Shown: in pieces, positions 27,743-41,677 of the stretch
How the letters are laid out: the number at the start of each line of letters is the position of its first letter
Numbering within the stretch: position 1 is the stretch's first letter
Assembly (NCBI RefSeq): GCF_902652985.1
Contig: NC_047016.1
Location: 38,502,001-38,566,000 of the forward strand
Direction: 5' to 3'
DNA length: 64,000 bases
Source: Pecten maximus
Taxonomy: Eukaryota
The notes under the pieces: generated by a model
Told to the model about the DNA's origin: nothing
What the model saw: the letters and a program-made list of their open reading frames with translations, nothing else
Databases searched by the model: none
Program-made: the position numbers and the translations under genes

Positions 27743-28669
27743 ATGGCTAATCTATGTATAAAGTGTTGCCGGACGGTGAAACACCTTCCAACAAGGCTGG
27801 TATGTGTCCTAGTCCTGCTCCTGCAGGCAGCTGCCCTGGACTACTATCTAGTCACCTACAAAAACCTCAACTGGGCAGGCTGGGCGGCCGCTGATATTGT
27901 GGTTCTCATTCTTCTTGCAATCTCCTTCTATTTCGGCTACAGATTTCATTCCCGAGAAAAGTCTGGAAAAAACGACAATGAGGATTTAGAAATACACACA
28001 CGCGTTGGGGTTGTGACCTGGTTTGTGTACGCATCGGTGTTGTGTTTTAAAGTGGCGTATGCATTTAAAGACTTTTCTCACAAGTTGGATGAAGATAGTT
28101 TCTTTGGAGAAAATACTCTTAAAACAACTGTTGCACTAGCGGGGATAGTTTTTCTGATTCTTCTCACAACGCTTCACGACGCAAAGCCAGGGTCGCACAG
28201 ACGGAAGTACATTGACGAGCTCACGGGGACAGTCATATTCGACATCTTGGATTGTGTAGACAGCATGGAGATCTTATTTGATGAGGAAGCACGTGCGAAC
28301 ATTTTACCGAGTTTGGATGATACCATCATAGGAATTGCTTGTGTCAATTTCTTGTTGCCGACGATTCCACTAATAACCCTGGCGAAAACAAATTTTGGGC
28401 ACAAGAAGCTATCAGAAAAGATGGTGATACTACATAAAGTGTTACTAGCTTTTATAGTTAATCTCCCTCTCCTTATAACACGCATGATTGTCTGGCATGG
28501 AATGAGTCATGGAATCTCAATCTTCTCCCTGAAAAATATTATTGTTATTGGCATGGTATCATATGACCTTTACGAAACCCACGAAAGTGAAGGCGATGAA
28601 CCTACTGGGGAAAATTCTACAAACAACGTCGGCCCTAGTTATGCCTTGGAGGATAGATTCAACTATTGA
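27743..28669 (+). CDS. TMEM121: TMEM121/CECR6-family multi-pass membrane protein (308 aa, single coding exon)
   Basis: Uninterrupted ORF with ~7 hydrophobic segments. Family-like motifs: LDYYL (MDAYL), WFVYASVLCFK, DILDCVD (DLLDLLD), VNLPLLITR, SIFSLKNI (AIFVGKNV). Acceptor TTTTTCTTGCAG ends at 27733, then AAAATGG. AATAAA at 29144 is followed by a T/GT-rich tract. The symbol denotes family membership, not proven orthology. Confidence 0.85.
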   Translation: MANLCIKCCRTVKHLPTRLVCVLVLLLQAAALDYYLVTYKNLNWAGWAAADIVVLILLAISFYFGYRFHSREKSGKNDNEDLEIHTRVGVVTWFVYASVLCFKVAYAFKDFSHKLDEDSFFGENTLKTTVALAGIVFLILLTTLHDAKPGSHRRKYIDELTGTVIFDILDCVDSMEILFDEEARANILPSLDDTIIGIACVNFLLPTIPLITLAKTNFGHKKLSEKMVILHKVLLAFIVNLPLLITRMIVWHGMSHGISIFSLKNIIVIGMVSYDLYETHESEGDEPTGENSTNNVGPSYALEDRFNY

Positions 28670-31600
28670 CGGCCGTTTTTTGTCATACATGCATAAAAAT
28701 GTTCTTAGAAACTTACTGACGCGATGAACACATAATGAGTGTGACTAATTCCTATCATGGTGATTGCATTAAATGCTATTTGTGCTGTTGAACTGGGAAT
28801 GTATAATTGACGAGATAATATGATCAAAAGAGAGTAATACTTTCCTTCATGCATATTATATCAGCTTGATAAGAACGTATGCGTCGTGACATTAAACGCA
28901 TATTGTGCCATGTACTACTGGGAATTTACAGAATTATTTTTTTTATTAAGAATGTCATAAAAAATGTATGCAAGCGATATGAAGTTGCGTGTGTTGAGGC
29001 AGCCGACCCTATGAATATACATGTATATACATGTGTGTGTAGATGCGTTGTTTTACTATTTTCAAAATTTCTGAGGTAATCAATATCTTACTTGCATGTA
29101 AATTCATTATCTTGTACCAGCTCATTTCTCATATTGAGTATTGAATAAATCTTTCATATTTTATATTGTGTTTATCTTTTTTTTTAAATTTCAATTGATA
29201 CCAAAGGAGTTTTCGAATTAGTATGCCCTATATGTCATCTTGGTATACTGGTAACGGCACGCTTAGGGACCATTTCACATTCTCAAAATTAGAAATAGCG
29301 AGAAGAAACCGGCACCACTAGGCATACCAACAAGTATTGAACACGTCTGACTTAATATCGTACAAAGAAATAGACTAAATTAAATCATGGTGACGACCAT
29401 CAAATCCCGTCCATAATCAACCTGCGTCTCTCGGAACGTTTTGTTGTTGTTTATCATCCGTGAGTTGTCGACATCTGTCACGGAAATAAATAGATAAACG
29501 GTCAATGAATATATATATATTGGTATTCAAAACAATAACTTGTTGATAATGTGAAAAATCAATCATTATTATGTATAAATTTTTTGAAATATTCAATTAG
29601 ATTCCTTTAACAAAAGGCACTGCCTAACAATAGCGGACCATTATTGACTTCTACAAAGAGTCATATGTGATAAATGAAGTACGAAACAAAAAGCATTGTC
29701 AACACATTAAACATAATAGCGTTTTTCAGTTATTGATTGATCTAGTTTGTGTTTCGATAAATCGTCGTAGATCAAACGTGGAGCAAGAAACATGGAAACT
29801 TGAAAAATAAAAAAAAAAATATATATATATTGATAAAATAACATAAAGCAAAAGTTGTAAATTTCACATTACATGGCAATGTATTTGAAGAATTATTTAA
29901 ACACAGCTGAAAGAGACATGAATACACAAATCTGTCGTATCTTTTTCTGTCAAGATTATGATAAGACCTTATGGACAGAAAATACAGGTCTATACATTGG
30001 GAACATCAACAGCTATGCAATTCAACAACTGAGTGTGATATTTTTATGGTGTAAAACTTTGAACATACACTATCAATATTTTTTTTATAATTATGATTAT
30101 TAGATTGACATCACATGTAACTTAAAACCCTTATGAGATTCATTGGATTATCTGTTAAATTGAACAGTATGATATCTACTTGAATCTTCAACAAGGTGAA
30201 AATAATCATAAGTGAAAAGCAAATAACAAACAACAGAGAATACCGACAGAAAAACGAATGTAATTCTAACTCACCATCAATAAAACGAGAGTAAAATAAA
30301 AACAAACAATATAGAATTACAGTGAAACCCTTAAAAGTACCACGAGTATAATACCATGTGGTCAGAAAGAGTAAGCGTCTTTGCTTCATTGACGACATCC
30401 TCCAAATCTATGTCAAATCTGGGGCACATTCTTAAAATTAGAACTAGAGAGGAGATACCGGAAATACCTTCCATGCCCTCAAGCATTGAACATGTCTGTC
30501 TTCATATAGCACAAAGAAATAGACTTCTTCCAAATGGAATCATTGTGTCGACCATGAATTTTCCGATGCATGGTCAGCCTACATCTTATTCTCCAGTAAG
30601 CGACATTTGTCATGGAAATCGTGATAATGGGAATAGCTCATTGAATGTCAAATCAATTGTGACATGTAACGCCGCAGGTAGGGAGAGCAGGAACATTACT
30701 CTCTAGAAATGGAAAATCACACTTATCATATGGCTTAGTCGTAAGCTGTCCTTACTGGAAGCGGGTGATGAAGAGTTTGAGGTGTCCTTGATTTGAAGTT
30801 CTATTTGGTAAAACCTATCGATAAATTGTATCAATCATTATGTATAAAATATTATACTTAGAATCATTCCATTTTTCATTAATTGAAAATATGACAATAA
30901 GGAATTCTCTCGCAGACAAAAGCACCCAAGTAAGTATAGAGATTAACAAATGGATTCAATAGGCGTCATTTTTATATGCAAGTTTTTTATATGACTTAAA
31001 AATGCAGTCTATACTGGCTACTTGCATCACACCATGGCTTTTATACAAAGGCTTTTGTTCTGTCTCCAGGAGATGATTGAATCAGGTATTTGTTATCCGT
31101 ATTCATGTGTGTTAAATGTAAGACAAATGGAATATTTAATTATTTACTATGTGCTTATACTAGTACTGCTGTAACCGATTTGATACGATTTGATCATCAA
31201 TTGTCGTTTTAAGGTTGTTTTCTGATGTTTTGTTAATTCTTACTCCGACGCTGTCGGTACGCAGTACCCGTGGCAGGAGGCGGAAACACTTACCTATGCC
31301 AGTGTTTCAGATTTTATTAGTCAGATTTCAGATTTTATTAGTCACCTAGACACATTAAAATTCGTTACATGGATAGTGTTCGAGTAGGATACTTTTCAGC
31401 TTGAAGAACTTGATAAACGCAATTTCAAGATTCTTGAAAAATATATTCATGGTATGTCATCAATTTGTTTCTCCAATTTCGAAGTTTGTTCTTGTGTCAT
31501 TTACTTCTATATGATTCTCAGTTACTTCAGAAAATAATCACATCATTTTAAAAATCTATTTTTATTATGGATTATATTGCGGATGAGTATTCCTGAGTAA

Positions 31601-32236
31601 ATAGTCACATATGTTTACGCTGTGTTTACATTTCATTAACCTATCGTACAAGAAAGGGAATCGGAGCATGATTACACTTTGCACGAAGAGAACATGTTAT
31701 TTGTTGGCCAATTATCAATGACATATCGTTCTTCCCTTCCTCTCATTCTGATGTCTTTCCCAGGCGCGTATAACAGTTGCACTGTACACCGCCTCGTTGA
31801 AATAAACGATGCTAATTTTGTAAATATGGTAGTAGCACAATTTCTCCCCGAAAATAAAAAAAAAAAAGTAAAGTACATTGTATTGTCAAAACCAATATAT
31901 CACAAACACGGCAGTTTCTTTTGTCGGTGTACACATGAGTGTGTTGGGGGCCGAAATGTTGACCAATTTCACAACGCACTGAAGTTATAAATAAGATGAC
32001 CTCGAGGTCAACTGTGGATGTGCTTGAGCCGTTTACAGAGGTGTTATGAAGGGACCCGTAATGCACTCTGGGAGAAATTGACAAACAAGATACAGTATTG
32101 TATCGAAAAAAAACTTTGTAATATCTCGATGATATTTTTTTCATGTTTATTGATATTTGTAGGCCATTACAGTTAAACAAATACATGTATTTTAATGAAA
32201 TCCAGATTAATTTAAAATGCAGAACAAGCATAGGGA

Positions 32237-32295
32237 CAATCTCTCCCAGAGTGCATTGCATTGAAGGGAACCGCAATGCACTCTGGGAGAGATTG
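32237..32295. mobile_element. 59-bp foldback mini-element, CAATC...GATTG termini, perfect 9-bp TSD
   Basis: 23-bp perfect arms CAATCTCTCCCAGAGTGCATTGC; GCATAGGGA on both flanks (32228-32236, 32296-32304). A lone right-arm copy lies at ~32048-32081. Confidence 0.8.
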
Positions 32296-32601
32296 GCATA
32301 GGGACAGATGCAAAATTGTACAAAATTTGTTAAAAACTCGGTTATGACATTCCTTCGTCATCACATACATGTATTATCACTTAGACAACACTAACGATAT
32401 TTGCTAGGCAACGTCTTTGACTTTCTTTTGAGTAAAACTCGCCTTCATCTTAATGATCGAATCATGTGTTATCTTTGAAACTGGTCATCAATAATTTTCC
32501 ATTTTATCGATGAGTTGAGGAACGTCGCGACTACGCCTCTGTGTCAGATAATCTCATTTTTGTTTTCAGATTCGATATCTGACTCTTTATCTATTTACTT
32601 A

Positions 32602-33006
32602 CGAGAGCTGATTGATAATTGTGAGCGTCGTATTGAAGGAGATACTCAAAGATGTTCTTTTTAAGTCCTGCTTTTCTCTGACTATTTACCCAAGGACCCA
32701 TTCACGATTATGGCTTTAAATTGATTGAGCATCCGCCTTATTCATCTGATCTCGCTCCATCAGCCTTTCATCTATTTCCAAAACTGGAAACAGCTATTCC
32801 AGGCACCCTATCGCTAACCCTAACTCTAAAACGCAGTGTATGACTCTCTGAACAGCCAATAAAAAGGAGTTCTATAAAAGTAGCATTGCGGCCCTTAAGC
32901 ACCGCTGACAAAGATACTGAAATTAATTATGTTGAAAATAATACAATATGTCTAGCAAAATTCAAATTCTTCAATATGAGGCTCACAACTTATCAATCAG
33001 CTCTCG
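32602..33006 (+). mobile_element. Internally deleted mariner transposon (TIRs + transposase C-terminal relic)
   Basis: TA|CGAGAGCTGATTGATAA... TIRs of ~39 bp ...CTCTCG|TA. From 32700 it reads IHDYGFKLIEHPPYSSDLAPSAFHLFPKL (mariner YSPDLAP motif). Confidence 0.88.
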
Positions 33007-33756
33007 TACCAGCATGAACTGGCCGGACATTGTCAAATGTGTATTCGGTCATTCATTCACAAGAAGTTTTCTGGTTGTTGTATGTAAGGCGGAAACACAC
33101 CTATTCCTCGTCAGGGTATTCCGCAACCTTTCGGTCCTCGAGAGAAAAAACTCTTTCGCATAATACACTTTTTAATTTTGCGTTTGTAACAGATATAATT
33201 ACGTAAAGCATTTTAATCAACAGGACAGCATAATCTATTATGCGTGGAAGGAGTTCATGTGTTTGGCTGACCGTATCTAGATAGCATGGTCAACTGATGG
33301 TTTTCCTGAAGACGGTATAATTAATTGCCGGGAGCCCACAAAAAATATTAGTGTAAAGAAGGTAGGGGCCTTGAAATATGGCCGTATTACTTAATAGACA
33401 GAGTCCGGATTAGACAGAATTACACTACTTTAGATAGAGAAAGAAATGTTCGGGACCATATCATACCACCAGAGAACAGAGACCCGGATAAGACAGAGTC
33501 CGGTTTAGCCAGACCCCACTGTATAGAAAATGTTATAAAATGTGCTCCTCACATAATTATGAAGTTTGACACAGGAGATAGAGGACTATTTCGATCATGT
33601 CTTTTCCAGGGAGCTGACCGGCACAGTGAACGTACGGAAGAAAAGGACGAGTCTCACTGGAGGATATCCATACCACCGGGGGTCTTGACCACCGGCACCA
33701 TCACGTCGCCTGTGTACATCTCTGTGGCACAAGGGCCTGGGTTCTAGACCCTATAT

Positions 33757-36700
33757 ATTTTTTTATATTTGTTTTATTTTTTAAGACATTTTCAATACAT
33801 AAATGTATAAGAACGACACACACACAAACACACATCAATTCCAATTGGTATGGTTTGCCTGTCATCATCATCATAATCATCATATTCATCACCATCATAA
33901 CCTCATCATCATCATAGTAATCATCATCATCATAGAAATCAACATCAAAATATCATTATCATCATCATCATCATCATCATCATATTCATCATCATATTCA
34001 TCACCATCATAACCACATCATCATCATAGTAATCATCATCATCATAGTAATCAACATCAACATATCATCATCATATTCATCATATTCATCACTATCATAA
34101 TCTCATCATCATCATAGTAATCATCATCATAAACTCATCATCATCATAGTAATCATCATCATAACCTCATCATCATCATAGTAATCATCATCATCATAGT
34201 AATCAACATCAAAATATCATCATCATATTCATCATATTCCTCACCATCATAATCTCATCATCATCATAGTAATCATCATCATCATAGTAATCATCATCAT
34301 AACCTCATCATCATCATAGTAATCATCATCATCATAGTAATCAACATCAAAATATCATCATCATATTCATCATATTCATCACCATCATAATCTCATCATC
34401 ATAGTACTCATCATCATAATCTCATCATCATCATAGCAATCATCCAAATCTCATCATCTTCATCATCATCATCATCATCATAATCATCATCATTGTACTC
34501 TTATCATCATGCTAATCATCATCATCATCATCATCATCATATCATCATATTCATCACCATCATAATCTCATCATCATAATCATCATCATTGTAATCTTAT
34601 CATCATACTCAACATCATACTAATTATCATCATCAATTAAACAAGGAGATAAATACATAAAAAAAAACATACATACTCCTATACTTGTATATATATTCTG
34701 ATAAACATACATTCACCACACACACACACACACACACATACATATTCAGTTTCCTGGTAGCCTGATCAATCCTGTCGAGGGTTCAGCTTCTGTGTTGGTC
34801 ATATCAACTCTTGCCACGTCAACTGAGCCATCGGCACGATTAACCAGGCTCCACACTGATTACACCAACTACACCTAGCATTTACACACAAAACATACAT
34901 ACGCATTCAAAACAATATCATACCCACATGTACCTGAGAGAGAGAGATAGAGATAGAGAGAGAGAGAGAGAGACTAGACAAGAGATCACAAAAGCATTTT
35001 GATAATTAACATTGATTTCAATTGTTATTTATTCAAGTGGTACCATAAACATATAAACTCCAGCATCCAGCAGCTCAAGTAGGGAGAAGTAGTTTACATA
35101 CAAGCATATACAAGGTACGCATGTATATTTACATACATAATAATACATGTATTATCATATATTGGCACACTAAATCAAAATTGTAAAGAAAATTAACTAT
35201 CAGATAGTTCAATAAGTTTTTCCCATTTTTTCCATTCATTTTCACATTTCAGCTGTGCACCTTCACCTTTACTATTGGCTATATACTTTTGAAATATGTA
35301 ATGTTCTTTAATTGAATTGATTAAGGCGTGAGGACTTAAGACTTTATGCAAGCATCTTGTTTTGTATATAAAAAACTTAATTATTATCAAAATTTCATTG
35401 TCTATTCTATTTAAAGGAGAATATCTATTATTTAAAAACACACCAAAAAGAAAACTTTGTTTATTGTATTGAAATGGGATATACAGCGCATCCAAAAGTG
35501 TCTCTATACTTTGCAAAAATCTCTGAGTTTCTCTACATTCCCATAAAATATGAACGATAGTTTCTCTTTCACGATTACATAAATTACATATTTGATTATT
35601 TACTAATCCCACTTTGAATAAAAACGAATTTGTCGTTAAAATATTTTGAACTATCCTATACTGGAACCATTGTAATTTTGTGCTTTTCGTAACCTTGAAA
35701 GGATTATTATAAATATTGACCCAATTCAATTCAATATCTTCAAATGATTCTTCCCATTTTCTTCTACCAGTTGATATAAGAGCATTTTTTACCATAATAT
35801 TATAAAGATCCTTTGTCCCTTTGACACTTTTCATGAACAATAATATATTATCGGGAATAACTGGATATACTATTTTCGTGTGATTCTCAACATTCAGCCT
35901 CGTTAAAAGTACTTTGACAGCTGAGATTACACCCTGAAATTGAAGAAAGTTTGTATTGAGCTGATATATCTCTTTAAATTCTTGAAATGTATAGAAGGAA
36001 CTTGTACCAGGATCTTTTACCAAATCATTAATTATTGTTACACCTCTGTTATGCCAGGACTTGTAAAAGATTGTCTTCCCTCCAATAGTTATACTTTTAT
36101 TATACCAAAGAGGTATTGTCAATGTACCTGTCAGCCTTTTTATTTTTTCTTTCACCCCCTCAGCATCAATAAATTGTTTCCATGCTTTTAAAACATCTTT
36201 CCAGAATTTATTCTTACAATTTGTTCGACATTCCTCAATAAACTCGCTACCACATGTTGATAATTTTGTATATCAGTGTGTGATTCAAAAATAATTTGCC
36301 ATTTGCATGTTTTTTTAAGCAATCGCCTTACCCAGCTAAGTTTCAATGAATCAATAAATAGTTTTACATTTACCATTTTCAGACCCCCTTCATGATAATT
36401 TTGTGTTATAATATCTCTCTTTACTTTATCTACCTACTATTCCATAAAAAGTTAAAAAGGATTGAGTTGAGCTCTTGAAGAAATTGTTCATTTGGATTAG
36501 GTAGAGAAATAAATAAATGGTTGAATTGAGATAACAAAAGAGACTTAATTAAGGCTATTCTCCCTATGGGTGTAAGTATTCTTCTACTCCATGTCTTTAT
36601 CAGTGCTTTAAGTTTAATTAACTTTTTATCAAAATTTAGTTTGGGAATTACATGCAGGTTCACATCAAATTCAATTCCAAGCAATGTGAATTTTGTTCTT

Positions 36701-38079
36701 CCTCATTGTAAATTTAATTCGGGTAGGAAGGTATCATCACTGTAACTTTTGCTCCCTATCCAAACAACCTGTGTTTTATCAACATTAAGTTTTAACCCAG
36801 AGATGTTTGCAAAGGTGTTCAACTCAGTAATGGATTCCTTTAAAGATAATTCCGAGCCATTAAGTATGAGTGTGGTATCATCAGCATACTGCGAAATTAG
36901 AATGGGAAAATTGCCTACATCTATGCCCTTAATCTTTTTGTTATTTCTTAACCTGATTCCTAGAATTTCAACACACAGAATAAAAATATATGGGGAAATC
37001 GGGTCCCCTTGACGACAGCCTCTTTTGATATGAAGAAAAGGTGACAAGTTTCCCCCCTGGTTCACAGTTGCAGTAATATTACTATTAAACAATTTAACCC
37101 ATTTTTGTATACCTGGCCCAAAATTAAAAAAATTCAGAACTTTATTTACAAATTTCCACGATACAGAATCAAAGGCTTTTTCGAACTCTAACATGAGTAA
37201 CATACCCGGAATATATTTTTCTTCAGCATACTGCATAATATCATAAACAAGTCTTGTATTCTCCCCAATATAGCGACCAGTAAGAAATCCTGTCTGATCT
37301 TCACATATTAATTTATCTAAAACATTTTTAATCCTACTTGCTATACATCCTGAGGCTATTTTATAAACTATATTTAGAAGGGTAATGGGTCGCCAATTTT
37401 TTAAAAATTGTCTGGGCTTATCTCCCTTAGGAATACATGTTATTAGACCTTGTTTTTGGGTTACAGACAACATCCCCTTGATATATTCAAAATTTATAGA
37501 CCTGACTATGAAAACCCCTAACTGTTTCCAAAAACATTTAAAAAAATTCAGCTGTGAAACCATCTGTGCCAGGACTTTTATTATTTTTCATATTTTTCAA
37601 AGATTTAGCTGCCTCGTCTACAGAAATCATCCCTTCCAAACTTCTAGCCTCATTGTTATCTTATTTTGGAACATCATACATATCTTAATAATCTGTTAAG
37701 TCAATATCCTCTGTATCATAGTTATCATCATATAATTTTTCATAATAAGAGTGAACCTCCTTGAGAATAGTACCCTGATCTGTTAATGTAACGTCATTGT
37801 CTTTTTCAATCCTAGGTATAATCTTAGATGTAAAATTCCTATTCTCTAGACTAAAAAATATTTTGTTGGCCTTTCGCCTTCTAAAAGCCATCTTGCCCTT
37901 GATCGAATAACACTGCCTTTAATTTTATTAACTCTAATGTTTTAATTCCTTTTTCTTACCCTCTAATTTTTCAATGTCTACCTGTTCTTGTTCTTCCAAA
38001 TTTTGAATGGTCCTCATAAGATAATCCTCATTCTTATTTAGTTGTTTTTTTTAAAATGATGAATAAGAAATAGTTTTAC
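33757..38079 (-). mobile_element. 5'-truncated L1/Tx1-clade non-LTR retrotransposon; ORF2 (RT + C-terminal zinc finger) broken by frameshifts/stops
   Basis: KNWRPITLLN, DQTGF, FEKAFDSV, GCRQGDPISP, QYADDTT, CNLC..ETIVHILWEC across the ORF pieces at 37891-35193. A-rich 3' end near 33757-33790. Candidate TSD CCCTATAT at 33749-33756 and 38080-38087. The coding part is secure; the 3' boundary is less so. Confidence 0.85.
33860..34636. repeat. Compound (CAT)n/(ATG)n microsatellite, followed by (CA)n and (GA)n tracts at ~34718 and ~34935
   Basis: Direct reading of the sequence. Confidence 0.95.
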
Positions 38080-39944
38080 CCCTATATGATCATTAAGTGA
38101 TAATTTATTATCAACATAGAGCGGTGCCTTCGAAACCCCTCTTGATTTTAAGTTCGATAATGTTTGCATATTTCTTAAGGCATTCACAATAATGGATATA
38201 AACAACTCAGTGTTATGTATTTCAATAACTGTTTCCCAAGTGACGAACTTTTTTTCTTTTTCATTTTACTCATTTAACTGTAACATTTTCATATTTCAAA
38301 CAGGCTATTATTGAATTGATGTTTTTCACTTTTGTTTGTTTTTTTTTATTTAAACTATATTATTGGAATTAGAAATATAATGATAGTTACCGCTTTAAAC
38401 TTGGCCATGGATGCAGGTTTCATGTTTATTTTTCTTTGACTTAGCTGGTAAAGGATAGATTTTAAAATGATTGTTGTTTGTTGTTTGAGTAATATCATTT
38501 TTGCCATTTTTAGTGGCATAACTAAGATAACTCCAAGTGTCGTTAATATCGCGAGAGTTATCTTCCTTGTTGCCTTCCATCGATATCAAGTACGTTGATT
38601 GTTATTTAAAAAAAAAACGCATATCAGTTGTCCGCTGGGCATATTCTCACATTTCGATATTTTGCTCTTATCACTGTTTGTGAGTTATGGGATTTGGCTT
38701 ATTTCATTGAAAACAAGTAACATTTTACGGCGGCCATTACAATAATCATGAAAGGACTCGGCATTTTTGAAGTGTGGACACACATCCATTTGATATACCG
38801 TTGAGAACCTTTATGAATGATTAATTATATTACATTGTACTTTTGTTGTCGCTTTGTTTATTATCTACCACAGAACTCACATACTGTATATGTCTCTATA
38901 AAATGCACGCGGTCTTGCATCATCCCGTATTGTACGGTTACAAAAACAAGTGGAATATAATCAGGCTGATAAATGATCAAAGATCAATAAATTTATAGAA
39001 ATAATTTGTCCTTGGTCTATTGGTCTTTTTGTTTTTTGTTTTGTTTTTGCTGCCCAACAATTTGAATATAATTAGCAATTAAAGATAACTGATATATCGA
39101 GCCGTTACATATAATCAACATAACGACTCATTCTATCAACAACATTTTGAACAAAAGAAGCTTTGGGATTTGTTCCCAAAACATCATTGTCACAGAAATA
39201 TGTCAGATTTATCTCCCCTTAAATACGTATCTCGATTGATTTCATGATGAAGGCTATCAACGAACTTTAATTCCTCTTACGTGTAATATAATGTGAATGA
39301 TAGCGGATTAGTTTTATTTTCATTCATGTTTTATAATGATGTGATATAAAGCATTGAAGATTTCCCCCCACGTAAAATGAGATAGATCCCACGTTATATC
39401 CGGCGTGGTAATGGTAGATTACATTCTAAACTTGCAGAATCGTTTTCCACTTTGTCCTGCAATTGGGATTTCATTAAACATGCTACATCTCTGACAAATG
39501 ATAGTGATAGACTGGAAACAAGATATACTGGTATATGTAACATATACATATTCATGCTAATTTCCATCCGCCAAAAGTTTGAGCTTCTAATTAAATGTTT
39601 TTAAAAGCGAATAAATGAGTAATTGAAACCCGAAGAATTTCTCTTATATACTCCCAGATAAAGAAAATAAAATATGATCAAGCTCACATGTTTATTTTAC
39701 AATTCAAAGCAATATTAAAACATTATAAAGCAAAAATTAACCAAACGCGTTCCATATAACTATGTTTTAAAATATCTATGCGTAGGGAGATCGAATGTAT
39801 TTCGTGTATAATCTGTGCGGTTTTGTTTTAAAATGTATGTTTGCTGCTTCAAAAAAAAATGCGAAATGTCCCCACGTGTAATTAACACTTTCCTAAACCC
39901 TCATTGGTCTTTCCGTATGACTGTCTGATCCAACTGTTGATTAG

Positions 39945-40182
39945 TGTAAATGTAAACTTTATTAATTTTACAATAATTGTAAAACAAGTTATATCAACTT
40001 ATATTAATCACGTTTTTTTGGCCCAAATTGAAGCGCGCGAGGGGTTTTACTATAGGAGGAAACCGGAGAACCCGGGGTAAACCCACGGGGCCGAGCCGGT
40101 GACCCCATACCTTTTCACGTCCGATAGGGGAATCGAACCCCGTCCGCCTAGGTGAAAGGTGTTACAACTGCGCCACCCAACC
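39945..40182 (-). mobile_element. tRNA-derived SINE with V-domain-like core
   Basis: Minus strand: A box TGGCGCAGTTG, B box GGTTCGATTCCC, core GTGGGTTTACCCCGGGTTCTCCGGTTTCCTCC, 3' AATAAAG(TTTACA)n tail. Confidence 0.8.
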
Positions 40183-41677
40183 AGGATATTAGTATATCAT
40201 TACTACAATACTTTTGTAGTTTTGTATCCTTTTCTTTGTGATACGCCGGCTTTGGTAGATGTATCCCTACATCAGAAGTTCCTACTTTAGTAGGTTAGTT
40301 ATGACTGGAGACACTTTACCAGAGGTAGTTTTATTTCACTGTGTTTTCCCTACTTAGAAAAAAAGAGGTCATGTTTGTTGATAAAAGTATAATCTTAATA
40401 TTGATGTATCGCACCCTTATGATCAATAGCATATCAACTGAGAACTACAAGCTGATAACATCATTTCTTAATTCTTTAATTTTTCACTCAATGCTTAACT
40501 GTACACAACACATATTATGAGACACCTTGAATTAGTTCGCTAGATGTCCGATGTTAGCCTAAGGGAGATAACTCCCACATACTTGGTTCAATATTCATGG
40601 TTAATACACACACCCATATTTTTAACAAAAAAGTAAGTCATAGCAATGGCAATGAATTTAATGACGTTACAGAAAAACGTCATCCTTGATTTTCTGTTTG
40701 ACAAAGTAATTAATAATCAGTTAATTAGTTGGAACTATCCAACCACATGAATGTCAGTTATGGGTCAATTCAATTAAGTGTAAAATTATGGTCAGTATAT
40801 CGGTCAGAGGTAAAATCATGCTATTCAAAAGGCAAAAATCTTCATACAGTTACAAAATCAAAACAAGGCAAAAAGATATGCATCACGCCTCAGTTGTTCT
40901 TCAACATTTCGAAAAAAAAGTGTTACATACAATGTCAAAGTATATAAATATTATAATTATGTGTCAGATAATCGCATTGGCTACCCTCCAGCTTAACTCG
41001 TCCGAATACGATTTCTGACTACCTATCCGGTTTAATACGGTATGGGATCGGATGCCTACTGCTGATGTAACTCTTTGAATTCCACAAACTCTATATATAG
41101 ATCAGATACATGATCTTATACTTGAGGCAGTAAGATGAAGGGTTTCTTGCCATTAAGTCGGTCATTGCTTCCGAAACAAAGGTAAACAGGAATTATTGAT
41201 AGAACATAATTTAAATCTCAAGTCGCTCACAAAACATATCCAGCAAATTACGTGCTGGACAAGAAAATGCAAACTGAAAAAAAAAAAAATTACTGCATGA
41301 AAATAATTTATTCAAAGTACATTTGATATACTACCAAAATATAAGTCACGACACATACATCTTCATGTAAAATAGTTACTGTTGTGATATGAGAGAATAG
41401 TTCATTCTAGTAACAGGAATATCGTAAATATTTCAAAATTAAATGGTATTTTATATTGATCATAATTCACATTATGATATAATAATCATGCGCAGCACAG
41501 TGACATTACAAATCTATAAGACATGTATAAATGCTATTTAAATACAGTTATGATTGATGACATTTTAAACATTTAGATTTCGTTTGATATATGTATCTAA
41601 GCATTCAAAATAAACATTAAATATATTTTTTACATTGGCTATTGGGACTCCATTTGAATAAATAGGTCATACTAGAA

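Noticed and set aside
33300-33345. Possible extra hammerhead: CTGAAGA-CGGTA...TGCCG-GGAG
   Set aside because: The GAAA box, stem III and stem I cannot be completed; may be chance or too decayed to call.
33600-33747. GC-richer exon-like patch after TCTTTTCCAG
   Set aside because: No recognisable protein in any frame, no donor site and no partner exons.
33701-34012. His/Ile/Ser- and Met-rich ORFs
   Set aside because: Translations of the (CAT)n microsatellite.
40100-40182. tRNA gene
   Set aside because: Has A and B boxes but no complete cloverleaf, and continues into a SINE core and tail; called as a SINE.
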